From Candidatus Darwinibacter acetoxidans (GTDB taxonomy: Bacteria; Bacillota; Limnochordia; Darwinibacteriales; Darwinibacteriaceae), in NCBI GenBank assembly GCA_041936745.1, contig JBHGWS010000020.1, positions 294 through 64,293 on the forward strand: a stretch of 64,000 bases of DNA, read 5' to 3'. The notes under the pieces are model-generated. The model worked only from the letters and a program-made list of their open reading frames with translations. It did not search any database and had not been told where the DNA came from. This document shows, piece by piece, positions 19,519-29,013 of the stretch (position 1 is the stretch's first letter; every line of letters begins with the position of its first letter). Position numbers and translations under genes: made by a program.

Positions 19519-20289
19519 ATGGCAAGAATGGGAAGAAGCGAACGCAACGGCCCGGGCTTATTGTTTATCATCGTAACTCTAGTGGTGGTAGCGGTAGTGG
19601 GCGCCAGATTTTTTGGTTTTTACCCGGAAAGCGAGCCGGCTGAGCCGCCGCGGGTCAAAACGGAAGATCCGAAACCGCCCCAGGGGGAAATCGTGGATCC
19701 TACGCCAAAGGTGCTGATTTTCCACAGTCATGCCTCCGAAAACTTTAAACCGAAAGACAGCCACGAACGGGGGGGCCCGGGAGACATCGTCAAAGTCGGG
19801 GAAGCCCTGGTTGAGGAACTGGCTTCTTTAGGGGTTACGGCACTGCATGACAAGACTATCCATGATCAACCGCGCTACAGCGATGCTTTCATTAATTCAG
19901 AAAAGAAAGTTAACGAGCTTTTAGCTTCTAATCAGGAACTTCAAATGATTTTTGACATCCATCGCGATGGTTTACAGGATAAGCCGGACGACTATACAAA
20001 AGTGCGGGCGAATGGTGTAGATGCTGCTAAAATTTTGTTTGTCGTGGGTGACAAAGACAACGATCTTTTAGAAGAAAACATCAAGTTTGCTCAAAAGGTC
20101 AGTGACGCTTTAGACCAACAGTATCCCGGTGTGAGCCGGGGAGTGCGGGTTTTCAAGTCGGATTACAGCGGCGAACTCCACCCCAACAGCATCATGGTTT
20201 TAATAGGTGATTGGCGGGGTAACACTATTGGAGAAGCTCAAGCGTCCGCAAGGTTTTTGGCGAGAGTACTGCTGCCTCTGCTGAAGTGA
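19519..20289 (+). CDS. SpoIIP-family protein (short paralog of stage II sporulation protein P)
   Basis: ATG 19519 after GGAGG; signal anchor; SpoIIP motifs IFHSHASENF, DIHRDGL, ILFVVGDKDN, YPGVSRGV; 257 aa vs 350 aa for the canonical copy at 61886. Confidence 0.65.
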   Translation: MARMGRSERNGPGLLFIIVTLVVVAVVGARFFGFYPESEPAEPPRVKTEDPKPPQGEIVDPTPKVLIFHSHASENFKPKDSHERGGPGDIVKVGEALVEELASLGVTALHDKTIHDQPRYSDAFINSEKKVNELLASNQELQMIFDIHRDGLQDKPDDYTKVRANGVDAAKILFVVGDKDNDLLEENIKFAQKVSDALDQQYPGVSRGVRVFKSDYSGELHPNSIMVLIGDWRGNTIGEAQASARFLARVLLPLLK

Positions 20290-20308
20290 GGAATTGGGAG
20301 TGAAGTGA

Positions 20309-21661
20309 ATGAACCAGCATATACATTTAGTTGGCATCGGTGGGACGGGCATGGGCCCCTTAGCCAAGATATTCTTGGAGATGGGACATACCGTCAGCGG
20401 TTCCGATCTGCAGTCTTCGACTACGACCGATTATCTAATTGATCTCGGTGCAACTATTTATTTCAGGCATGCTGCCGCTAATGTGAACGGGGCGACCAGT
20501 GTAGTATATTCCAGTGCTATTCCTCCGGAAAATCCCGAAGTTTTAGCCGCACGCCAAAAGGGGGTTAAAGTGCTGCACCGCTCAGAGGTGTTAGCTGAAC
20601 TTCTGAATTCTAACCGCGGTATTGCCGTGGCGGGGGCCCACGGTAAGACCACTATAACTTCGATGCTGGCTTTATGCCTGGAAAAAGCGGGTTTGGATCC
20701 CACTGTTTTGATTGGGGCTCACTTCACTCCCTTTGGGCCCGGGGCAAAGCACGGGAAAGGGCAGTTTGTCGTTGCGGAAGCGGATGAAAGCGACGGCAGT
20801 TTTCTCCGCTATCGGCCGGAAGTGGCCGTTGTTACGAGTATAGAGCCTGATCATTTGGAAAACTACAACGGGACGTTCGAGGCCTTGGTGGCAAGTTACC
20901 GGCAGTTTTTGGATAACTGCCCGCCAAAAAGTTTTCTTCTGCTGGGGATAGATGATAAGATCGTGGCTGATTTCAGCCGCGAATACGAATGTACTACCTA
21001 TGGTTTTTCCCGCGCCGCCGATTGGCGGGCCCAAGTAGTGAAGCTTTGGGAAAATAAATCCCGCTTTAAGGTGTATTACAGGAATGAATTTTTCGGTGAC
21101 TTTGAATTAATTGTGCCCGGCAGGCACAATATTTCCAATGCCTTGGCCTGTATTGCAGCAGGCCATTACGCCGGGTTATCCGCGCCTGAAATGCGAGCCG
21201 CCTTGGCCTCTTTCAGCGGGGCCAAGCGGCGCTTTGAAATCCTCGGTAAGAGGCAAGGCGCCGTAGTCGTCGACGACTACGCCCACCATCCCACAGAGGT
21301 GGCCGCCACCATCAAAGCCGCGCAAGAGGGCTGGGATCGGCGGGTTATCGCCATCTTCCAACCCCATCGCTATTCCCGGACAAAGCTCCTTTTGGAAGAT
21401 TTTGCCCGCTCATTTCAAGGGGCTGATGTGGTAATTTTAACTAATATCTATGCCCCGCCGCCTGAACAGCCGATCCCCAATGTCAGTTCGGCGATTTTGG
21501 CGGAAAAAATACGGGGCCAAAAAGGCCCCGCAGAAGTATATCATATACCGAGGCAGGAAGATGTGGCATCTTTTTTGCTGCCAAGGCTGACGGCCAACGA
21601 TCTGGTTTTGGTGATGGGCGCCGGGCCCATCTGGCGCGTTGCCAGGGATCTTCTAACTTAA
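20309..21661 (+). CDS. murC: UDP-N-acetylmuramate--L-alanine ligase MurC
   Basis: 450 aa; HLVGIGGTGM N-terminus, GAHGKTTITSM P-loop, Mur ligase domains. Confidence 0.95.
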   Translation: MNQHIHLVGIGGTGMGPLAKIFLEMGHTVSGSDLQSSTTTDYLIDLGATIYFRHAAANVNGATSVVYSSAIPPENPEVLAARQKGVKVLHRSEVLAELLNSNRGIAVAGAHGKTTITSMLALCLEKAGLDPTVLIGAHFTPFGPGAKHGKGQFVVAEADESDGSFLRYRPEVAVVTSIEPDHLENYNGTFEALVASYRQFLDNCPPKSFLLLGIDDKIVADFSREYECTTYGFSRAADWRAQVVKLWENKSRFKVYYRNEFFGDFELIVPGRHNISNALACIAAGHYAGLSAPEMRAALASFSGAKRRFEILGKRQGAVVVDDYAHHPTEVAATIKAAQEGWDRRVIAIFQPHRYSRTKLLLEDFARSFQGADVVILTNIYAPPPEQPIPNVSSAILAEKIRGQKGPAEVYHIPRQEDVASFLLPRLTANDLVLVMGAGPIWRVARDLLT

Positions 21662-22543
21662 TTTCTGCAGGTTTGTGACAGGATCGTAGCAGACGTTTGT
21701 AACTTCTTCGCTGCCGCTAGGATCGACAACCATGCAGCGGTATTGAAACAGGGGGATAAATAAAAGTGCGGCGCGCAGTGCGGTAATCTCTAGCCTGGGG
21801 TAAAAGCGCTTTTTTATCTCCGCCGCTTTAGGCTCATAAAAGGCGGTATCCGCTGTGTCTTCATAGAAGCTGGCCAGTTTTTGCATTTCCCGCGCCATTT
21901 TTCCCAAGGCTTCTTCGGCCCAACTCAAATCGCCTTCTGTGTATAGTTCGGCCAGGCAGCCTGTTGCGGCAGTAAACGCTTGTTTGTAGCTGATTTTTTT
22001 CTCTTGGGTTTTTTCTTTTTGGGGCGGGCCGGAACTGAACAAATGAGTTGAAATGGGGAATTTAAGCAGAACTTCCCCCGAAGAGAGATTCACCATTGGA
22101 AAATGGATGCTCTCTTTTTTTTGTAAGCCGAAACGGCTTGCCAGCAACTGCAGCCCTAAATAAGGGCAGTAGGCAAGCCGGTTGCTGATTACGTAGACTC
22201 TTTTTCCTGCTCCTAGGTTTTCCAACACTTTCCGCCGCACGTTCGGTTCGTAAAAATGTTTATGATCCAGGTGGGCCTTTGCCAACAGGCCCTGCCTGCG
22301 GATTAAACGGGTAATTGTGCCCAGGCGGTAGCTCCCTTCGCAGATCAGATCGGCTCCGTAGGTTTCGGCCAGGTGTTTATCAAAGGTGAATTGGAGGAGG
22401 CGGGCTTGGGCGCGCCAGCCGTCCAGCTCTTTCATCAAGGCTTCGTCCAGCCATACCTGCCAAACACCGGGCCTAATTTCCATAGGCGGCAGGCCACACA
22501 GATCGAGGAATTGGAATATCAAAGTTGCCAGCGTAAGTATCAC
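21653..22543 (-). CDS. yqhG: YqhG-family protein (conserved partner of SNF2 helicase YqhH)
   Basis: 296 aa; immediately downstream of, and co-oriented with, the SNF2 helicase as in the B. subtilis yqhH-yqhG pair; start may be the internal MEIRPG. Confidence 0.65.
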   Translation of the reverse strand: MILTLATLIFQFLDLCGLPPMEIRPGVWQVWLDEALMKELDGWRAQARLLQFTFDKHLAETYGADLICEGSYRLGTITRLIRRQGLLAKAHLDHKHFYEPNVRRKVLENLGAGKRVYVISNRLAYCPYLGLQLLASRFGLQKKESIHFPMVNLSSGEVLLKFPISTHLFSSGPPQKEKTQEKKISYKQAFTAATGCLAELYTEGDLSWAEEALGKMAREMQKLASFYEDTADTAFYEPKAAEIKKRFYPRLEITALRAALLFIPLFQYRCMVVDPSGSEEVTNVCYDPVTNLQKLS

Positions 22544-22620
22544 TCCCCAAAAGTTTTAGCTTGCTAAAGAAGGAAATATGTTTGCTAGGGATTAGAACTT
22601 AATGACTTTACCCGGGGAAG

Positions 22621-24396
22621 TTAACCGAAATCCCAGGTGGAGGCTTTTACTTTCTCTTGGCCTGCCAGGAAATGGTCACCGAACTGCGCCAGTTTTTCTT
22701 GGATGGCTTCTTTGTTTTCAGAGGCCAAAAAGATTTTCATGATTTCACTTTCAAAGGTAGTGCCTAACTTCAGATGCAGTAAAATAGTATCCAATTCGCC
22801 GATGACGGATTCAAACATGTTGATTTTTTGGTGCAAAAGGTACATGATGTGTTCTTCAATGGTATCTTTAGTAACTAAGTTATAGATGTGCACATCACGG
22901 GTTTGGCCTAAGCGGTGGACTCTGCCGATCCTTTGTTCTAAACGCATGGGGTTCCAAGGCAGGTCAAAATTAACCACTTGGTTGCAGAATTGGAAGTTTA
23001 AGCCTTCACCGCCCGATTCCGTACTCACCAAAATTTGTGCTTCTTTTTGAAACATGTAGCGGACCCATTGCTTTTTGCCCCGAGAAAGACTACCATCAAA
23101 GGCAAGGGTTGTACAGCCCGCCTTTTCCAAACGGTAGCGGATGTATTTTTGGGAAGCCTTATATTCGGTGAAAATGATTATTTTATCTGTTAACTGTTTC
23201 ACCAATTTTTCTAAGGCATCGCATTTGCTGTTTTGTTTTACTTTGGCCAAATCCACAAGCAGCGAGGCTGCCTTGGGCAGATCTTCTTCAGGCAGGTTAT
23301 TCATCATTTTCTCCAGTGTGAGGGCAGTCGCTAAAAAACTGGAACAGACTTCCCTCTGCAGGGTTATCAAGGGCAGGATGTTTGTCACGCCTACCTTGCG
23401 GCTGGTGTTTTTCACAAATTCACTCACGCGCTCGTACAAGTTTTTTTCCGCCGGGCTCAAAGAGACGATGATGGGGTGGACGATGCGCTTGGTAAATTCC
23501 ACGGTGCCTTCGCCCCGTTTATTGCGGATCATGATTTGGCCTAAAAGTTTTCTCAGTTCGCTTGGGTTTCGGGGCGTCCGCTTATCGAGCATAAATCTTT
23601 TTTTGAAGGAGCGGTAACTGCCTAACTGGCCCGGTTTGATCAAACCGATCAAGTTGTATAGCTCTTTGAGATCATTTTGGATGGGGGTGGCGGTAAGCAT
23701 TAAACAATATTTTTTCCGCAGGGAATTAACAAAACGATAGCTTATTGTGGAATTATTCTTTAATTTGTGTGCCTCATCGATTATAATGAGGTCGTAAGGC
23801 ATGGCGGAAATGACAGCAGCATGCGGCTGGCGTTTAGCCGTATCTAAAGAGGCAATTAATATATTGGCGAATTCCCAGTCCCATTTGGTGCGCTGGATGC
23901 CTGCGTTGATGCCGAATTTTTCGTAGAGTTCATGGTACCACTGCCACACCAGGCTGGCGGGAGTTAGGATTAAGACCTTTTTGACTAAACCGCGCAGAAG
24001 GTATTCTTTTAAGATCAACCCCGCTTCGATAGTTTTGCCCAAGCCCACCTCGTCCGCGAGTATCGCCAGCCCCTGCATTTCGAAGATGACTTTTTTTGCC
24101 GTGGCTATCTGATGGGGATAGGTAATAACCCCCGCCTGCTGCCAGCGCTCCCTAAGATACTCCAAGGCCAGGAGCGTCTCCGCCTGTTGTTCGTTGACTG
24201 CCAGTTCATCGGTTCTTTTTGCCAGCATAAACCAATCCCAGGTATCGATTCGTTTTTGGCGCATTTCCTGCATGATTTTTTGAAAACCTGCCGTTTTCAC
24301 TGCAACCTTAAAATAAGGTGCAGTTCTGGGTGGCGAAATATGGGTTAGCTGCCCTTCATTGTTAGGGGCTTGTTCAGGTTGAAAAGTACGATGCAC
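22621..24396 (-). CDS. yqhH: SNF2/RapA-family helicase (YqhH-like)
   Basis: 591 aa; helicase motifs I (EVGLGKTIEA), II (DEAHKLKN), helicase-C (STESGGEGLNFQ), VI (QRIGRVHRLGQ). Confidence 0.85.
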   Translation of the reverse strand: MHRTFQPEQAPNNEGQLTHISPPRTAPYFKVAVKTAGFQKIMQEMRQKRIDTWDWFMLAKRTDELAVNEQQAETLLALEYLRERWQQAGVITYPHQIATAKKVIFEMQGLAILADEVGLGKTIEAGLILKEYLLRGLVKKVLILTPASLVWQWYHELYEKFGINAGIQRTKWDWEFANILIASLDTAKRQPHAAVISAMPYDLIIIDEAHKLKNNSTISYRFVNSLRKKYCLMLTATPIQNDLKELYNLIGLIKPGQLGSYRSFKKRFMLDKRTPRNPSELRKLLGQIMIRNKRGEGTVEFTKRIVHPIIVSLSPAEKNLYERVSEFVKNTSRKVGVTNILPLITLQREVCSSFLATALTLEKMMNNLPEEDLPKAASLLVDLAKVKQNSKCDALEKLVKQLTDKIIIFTEYKASQKYIRYRLEKAGCTTLAFDGSLSRGKKQWVRYMFQKEAQILVSTESGGEGLNFQFCNQVVNFDLPWNPMRLEQRIGRVHRLGQTRDVHIYNLVTKDTIEEHIMYLLHQKINMFESVIGELDTILLHLKLGTTFESEIMKIFLASENKEAIQEKLAQFGDHFLAGQEKVKASTWDFG

Positions 24397-24602
24397 AGCG
24401 GTTTACCTCCCTGAGAGAATGCTACCCTAATTTTAGCAATCTTATTAGAGTTTTATACTATAGCGACAAATTTATCAAGATAGCAGGAATTTCGCTGTAA
24501 AGAACGAATTAAGTTGGAGACATTGGCGGGACACTTGAACCTATGCTGCGAGCCGCGAAGGAGTGTGTTCTTTGCTTTGGAAAATAGGAGGTAGATTAGA
24601 AA

Positions 24603-25571
24603 ATGTTCAGGTACATCGTAAGAAGAATTCTATTCATTTTTCCTATGTTGTTAGGAATTTCTACTTTAAGTTTTTTTATCATGCAACTTGCTCCGGGCGA
24701 TGCCTTAACCACGATGCAGTTAAGCCCGGATATCTCTGAGGAGATTATGGAGGCAATGCGGATGCGTTTTTGGCTTCATCTGCCGCCGCATTTGCAGTAT
24801 GTCCGCTGGATTCAACAGCTCTTCAAGGGTGACATGGGTCATTCGTTTTTGTGGCATGCGCCGGTTGTCTGGGTCATCAAACAGCGGATTTGGAACACCC
24901 TGCTGTTAACCTCCGTTTCCCTAGTAGTTGGCTGGGTAGTTGCCATACCTATCGGTATTCATTCCGCTGTTAACCAATATTCCTGGAGTGACAGATTGCT
25001 GACTCTGTTCGCCTTTATGGGCGTATCGCTTCCGGGCTGGTTCTTTGCACTTTTAGCTCTTTACTTTGTGGTGTCCCGGAATATTAATCTACCGATTGGC
25101 GGCATGACCAGTATTGACTTTGCTGATTTCACCTTTTGGGAAAAAGTCGTGGATTTAAGCCGCCATATGCTTATACCGGTGGTAGTGATGAGTACAGGTG
25201 TGATGGCGGGTTTAATCCGCTATATGCGCTCTAACTTACTCGATGTGCTCAGGCAGGACTTCGTCACAACTGCCCGTTCCAAAGGGCTCAGCAGCCGGGT
25301 GGTTATTTATAAACACGCGGTCCGAAATGCCATCAACCCGCTGATTACACTTTTTGGCTTCCAATTGGGTGGTATTTTAGGCGGCGCGGCCTTGACAGAA
25401 ATTGTCCTTAATTGGCCCGGCATCGGCAGCTTGATGCTGGAAGCGGTGCGCGGCCTTGACTACTATTTGGTGATGGGCAACTTAATTATCGGCGGTGTGA
25501 TGTTGATCCTCGGTAACTTAGTGGCTGACGTACTTTTGGCCGTAAGTGATCCCCGAATTAGATATGAATAG
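24603..25571 (+). CDS. ABC transporter permease, OppB/DppB/NikB family
   Basis: 322 aa; 6 TM; BPD-transporter EAA-like loop (ARSKGLSSRVVIYKHAVRNA). Confidence 0.85.
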   Translation: MFRYIVRRILFIFPMLLGISTLSFFIMQLAPGDALTTMQLSPDISEEIMEAMRMRFWLHLPPHLQYVRWIQQLFKGDMGHSFLWHAPVVWVIKQRIWNTLLLTSVSLVVGWVVAIPIGIHSAVNQYSWSDRLLTLFAFMGVSLPGWFFALLALYFVVSRNINLPIGGMTSIDFADFTFWEKVVDLSRHMLIPVVVMSTGVMAGLIRYMRSNLLDVLRQDFVTTARSKGLSSRVVIYKHAVRNAINPLITLFGFQLGGILGGAALTEIVLNWPGIGSLMLEAVRGLDYYLVMGNLIIGGVMLILGNLVADVLLAVSDPRIRYE

Positions 25572-25583
25572 GAGATGAGTGCA

Positions 25584-26702
25584 ATGGCCAAGACAATTAC
25601 TGACCCTGTTGAGGGAACTTTCGAAAACGGTGGTACAATCAGGTCCCCTTGGAGGATGGCGTGGCGGAAATTGCGCCGCCATAAAATGGCGATTGCCGCC
25701 ATGTGGGTGTTGATCTTTTTACACCTCTTCGCTATCTTCGCCGACTTCTTTGCGCCCTACAGTGAATTGACGACCGATCGGAGAAGGAGTTATCATCCGC
25801 CGACGCGTATCCGCATCGTGAACGAGGAAGGCAAGCTCACCAGGCCGTTTGTTTACGGTTATACTTTGGTAGACAGCATGCGCAACCGTTACGAGCCTGA
25901 TACATCGAAGGTTTATCCGATTAAATTCTTTACCCGGGGCGATCAATATAAAATTCTAGGGCTGTTTAAGGGCAATATTCGATTCTTCGGCGTGGACGCG
26001 CCGGGCAAGATATATCTTTTCGGGGCCGATCTTTACGGCCGGGATATTTTCTCCCGTATCGCTTACGGGGGCAGGCGATCGCTGTTTATCGGGATTATTG
26101 GTTTGGTGGTCAGTTTGACCATTGGCCTGATTTACGGCGGGGTTTCCGGGTACTTTGGCGGTTGGGTAGATAATTTGATGATGCGGATTGCGGAAATTGT
26201 TATTTCTATCCCCAGTCTCTACCTGCTGTTAGCGTTGAGTGCTGTCCTACCCATAAATCTGCGATCGGATATACGTTTTATGATGATTACCTTTATTTTA
26301 GCCTTTATCGGCTGGGCCGGCTTGGCCAGGGTGATCAGGGGCATGGTGCTATCTATTGCTAAAATGGAATATGTTTCCGGCGCGGAGGCCGTCGGCGCTT
26401 CGCAGCCGAGAATCATTATCCGCCATATTCTGCCGAATACGTTAAGCTATGTGATCGTTAACGCAACTTTAACTATTCCCGGGTTTATTCTTTCTGAATC
26501 GGGCCTAAGCATGATCGGCGTTGGCATTCAGCATCCCGTTGCCAGCTGGGGTAACATGTTGTCGGAAGCATTGAAGATTTCTTCTCTTTCCCGCTATCCC
26601 TGGCTTTTGATCCCGGGCTTTATGATTTTTATCACGGTATTGTCCTTTAACTTTTTGGGCGATGGCGTGCGGGATGCTCTGGATCCGAGAGCGCATACGT
26701 AA
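25584..26702 (+). CDS. ABC transporter permease, OppC/DppC/NikC family
   Basis: ATG 25584 after AGGAG; long N-terminal extension then 6 TM; EAA loop region. Confidence 0.85.
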   Translation: MAKTITDPVEGTFENGGTIRSPWRMAWRKLRRHKMAIAAMWVLIFLHLFAIFADFFAPYSELTTDRRRSYHPPTRIRIVNEEGKLTRPFVYGYTLVDSMRNRYEPDTSKVYPIKFFTRGDQYKILGLFKGNIRFFGVDAPGKIYLFGADLYGRDIFSRIAYGGRRSLFIGIIGLVVSLTIGLIYGGVSGYFGGWVDNLMMRIAEIVISIPSLYLLLALSAVLPINLRSDIRFMMITFILAFIGWAGLARVIRGMVLSIAKMEYVSGAEAVGASQPRIIIRHILPNTLSYVIVNATLTIPGFILSESGLSMIGVGIQHPVASWGNMLSEALKISSLSRYPWLLIPGFMIFITVLSFNFLGDGVRDALDPRAHT

Positions 26703-26969
26703 TTTGCTGCTGCTCGCCGGTAAGATGAAACGTCGTTATTCGACGAAATTCTTACGAAGAGGCCTCTGGTACTGGCTGTTTGTAAGCTTAAATTGAAAAT
26801 ACAGATATAAAAAGTGAGTTTTTAGCAGGACAAACAACATTGAGGGCGTATATAAACACTAGAAGATTAAGTTCCCTTGATTCGTTTGGGGGGCTTACAC
26901 GAGGAGGAAAGGGGGTTTACCTACAAAGTCTTATTGTAGAAATAACATCAAAAGGGGGAATATAAAAGC

Positions 26970-28700
26970 ATGAAGAAACGAATTTTTGTGTTTGCGTTAC
27001 TCATGGCACTTGTTTTTAGTGTAGGAGTAGCCAGCGCAGTGGAGCTCTTGGATCCTAGAGAGCTCGATGTTGAAAATTGGTTGGGCGACAGCATTGGCCG
27101 TTATGGCGGTACCATGTCCGTTCATGCAGGCGCTTCGGGGCCGAAAACTTTGAACCCGCACAGAGCCGCTGAAACTTCCAGTACGGATGTTACCGGTAGG
27201 ATCTTTGAAGGCCTGGTAACGCTGGATAGGAATACCGGTGAAGTGCTGCCGCAACTAGCCAGAGAATATGAAATCAGCGAAGATGGAACGGAAGTAACTT
27301 TCTATCTGCGCCGCGGTGTACAATGGCATGACGGCACTGAGTTCACTGCTGATGACGTAGTCTTTACCTTTGACGTTGTCTACGATCCAAATGTAGGTTC
27401 CAACTCCAGAGCCGGGCTTCTCATCGACGGAGAACCGATGGAAGTAGTTAAAATTGACAAATATACTGTCAAATTTATCCTGCCACGCCCGCATGCACCG
27501 ATTATGTACAGCATCGGTACACCGATAGTACCTGTCCACTTGTTGGGCGAAGCCCATAAGGCAGGCCGCTATCATGAAATGTGGGGTATTGATACACCGG
27601 TTCACGAAATAGTCGGTACCGGCGCTTGGAAAATTGGTTCTTACCGCATTGACCAAGAATTAATCCTGGTTAAATTTGATGACTATTACGAATTTGATAA
27701 TGTGGGCAATAGGCTGCCATACCTAAACAGAGTAATTTTCCGCTACTATCCTGACTCTGATGCGGCTAACTTGGCATTCTTCCACGGCGAATTTGACTAT
27801 AAAGGCATTCCGGCAGACGCCTATCCTGAGTTTGTAGATAGAGAGCCGGGCGCCCCATGGTCTATCGTCAGCGCGGGTCCTGATCCGGGCACGAGCTTTA
27901 TTGTCTTAAACCAGAATCCTAACACCGTACCCGAGCCCAAGCTTTCCTGGTTCACCGATGTAAAATTCCGGCAGGCGCTTTATCATGCAGTGGACAAGCA
28001 GACCATTCTTGATATGGCGATGAACGGCCAAGGCTACATCCAAGAAAGCCCGATCAACATGCGTAATGAATTCTTCGTAAAAGATGATCTGAAGACTTAT
28101 CCATATGATCTGGACCGAGCTGCAGAGATTCTCGAAGAAGCCGGCTATCCGCTGGGTGCAGACGGCATCCGCCGCGATAAAGACGGCAACGCAATCGAAT
28201 TTGACTTGATCACTAACCCAGGTGTACCGATTCGTCAAATCGTTGGCGAACTCTTCCAAGAAGACCTTGGCACACTTGGCATTAAAGTCAACTTCCAGAT
28301 GATCGACTTTAACGTAGTAGTCGAAAGGCTGACCACCACTTATGAGTGGGATGGAATCGTTATCGGCCTGACCGGTACCTTCGATCCTAACGGTGGCTCC
28401 AACGTGTGGCTCTCCAGTGGAAACCTCCACATGTGGTATCCATTCCAAGAGACTCCGGCCACTGAGTGGGAAGCTAGAATTGACGAAATTTGGTTTGCAC
28501 AGCAGCGCGCTATGGATCCGAACGAGCGCCAGGCGCTCTTCTATGAGTTCCAAGACGTTGTGGCAGAAAATGCACCTCTGTTCTACACAGTTGCTGCGGA
28601 GACTAACGTAGCCGTACGCGACCATCTGCGCAATGCAACGCCTGACATCATTGGCGGCTCCATTGGCAGTGCCTGGAACTTTATCTGGCTTGACAGATAA
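26970..28700 (+). CDS. ABC transporter substrate-binding protein, family 5 (peptide/nickel type), secreted, copy 1
   Basis: 576 aa; signal peptide with ASA|VE site (no lipobox Cys); family 5 SBP fold. Confidence 0.85.
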   Translation: MKKRIFVFALLMALVFSVGVASAVELLDPRELDVENWLGDSIGRYGGTMSVHAGASGPKTLNPHRAAETSSTDVTGRIFEGLVTLDRNTGEVLPQLAREYEISEDGTEVTFYLRRGVQWHDGTEFTADDVVFTFDVVYDPNVGSNSRAGLLIDGEPMEVVKIDKYTVKFILPRPHAPIMYSIGTPIVPVHLLGEAHKAGRYHEMWGIDTPVHEIVGTGAWKIGSYRIDQELILVKFDDYYEFDNVGNRLPYLNRVIFRYYPDSDAANLAFFHGEFDYKGIPADAYPEFVDREPGAPWSIVSAGPDPGTSFIVLNQNPNTVPEPKLSWFTDVKFRQALYHAVDKQTILDMAMNGQGYIQESPINMRNEFFVKDDLKTYPYDLDRAAEILEEAGYPLGADGIRRDKDGNAIEFDLITNPGVPIRQIVGELFQEDLGTLGIKVNFQMIDFNVVVERLTTTYEWDGIVIGLTGTFDPNGGSNVWLSSGNLHMWYPFQETPATEWEARIDEIWFAQQRAMDPNERQALFYEFQDVVAENAPLFYTVAAETNVAVRDHLRNATPDIIGGSIGSAWNFIWLDR

Positions 28701-28720
28701 GAGGAATAAAAAAGGTTTTG

Positions 28721-28748
28721 AAGGCACCCCCGCGGGGGTGCCTTTAAA
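28721..28748 (+). terminator. rho-independent terminator after SBP copy 1
   Basis: GGCACCCCCGCGGGGGTGCC perfect stem followed by TTTAAAAG. Confidence 0.5.
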
Positions 28749-29013
28749 AGCCCATTTAGCTCGGGGCAACCCCAAGTTTTAAAACCAACTAATTTGTAAA
28801 TCAAACCATCCACACTTAAATACCCAGACGGCCTTGAAAATAGTTGCTATGTTTTTCAAACCCGCACTCGAGCAGTGTCAGCGGGCTTATTTGCGTTCCT
28901 TTGTTTATATGTCCGGCAAACCGAAGTAAGGGGGTCGACGGGCCATTTAGTTTGATGTTATATGCTTGGTTTGGTTTGGACTCATTGCTACAGACGCATA
29001 CAAGGAGGAAAAA

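Noticed and set aside
24397-24602. Possible riboswitch in the leader upstream of the ABC permease genes
   Set aside because: Could not match any riboswitch consensus by eye (no T-box, NiCo, SAM or cobalamin hallmarks). Left as an unverified long leader in the findings.
27906-28775. 289-aa minus-strand ORF, plus the pair 27255-27656 and 29299-29700
   Set aside because: All lie antisense inside the two SBP genes. The 133-aa pair is duplicated only because the SBP genes are duplicated. No start context.
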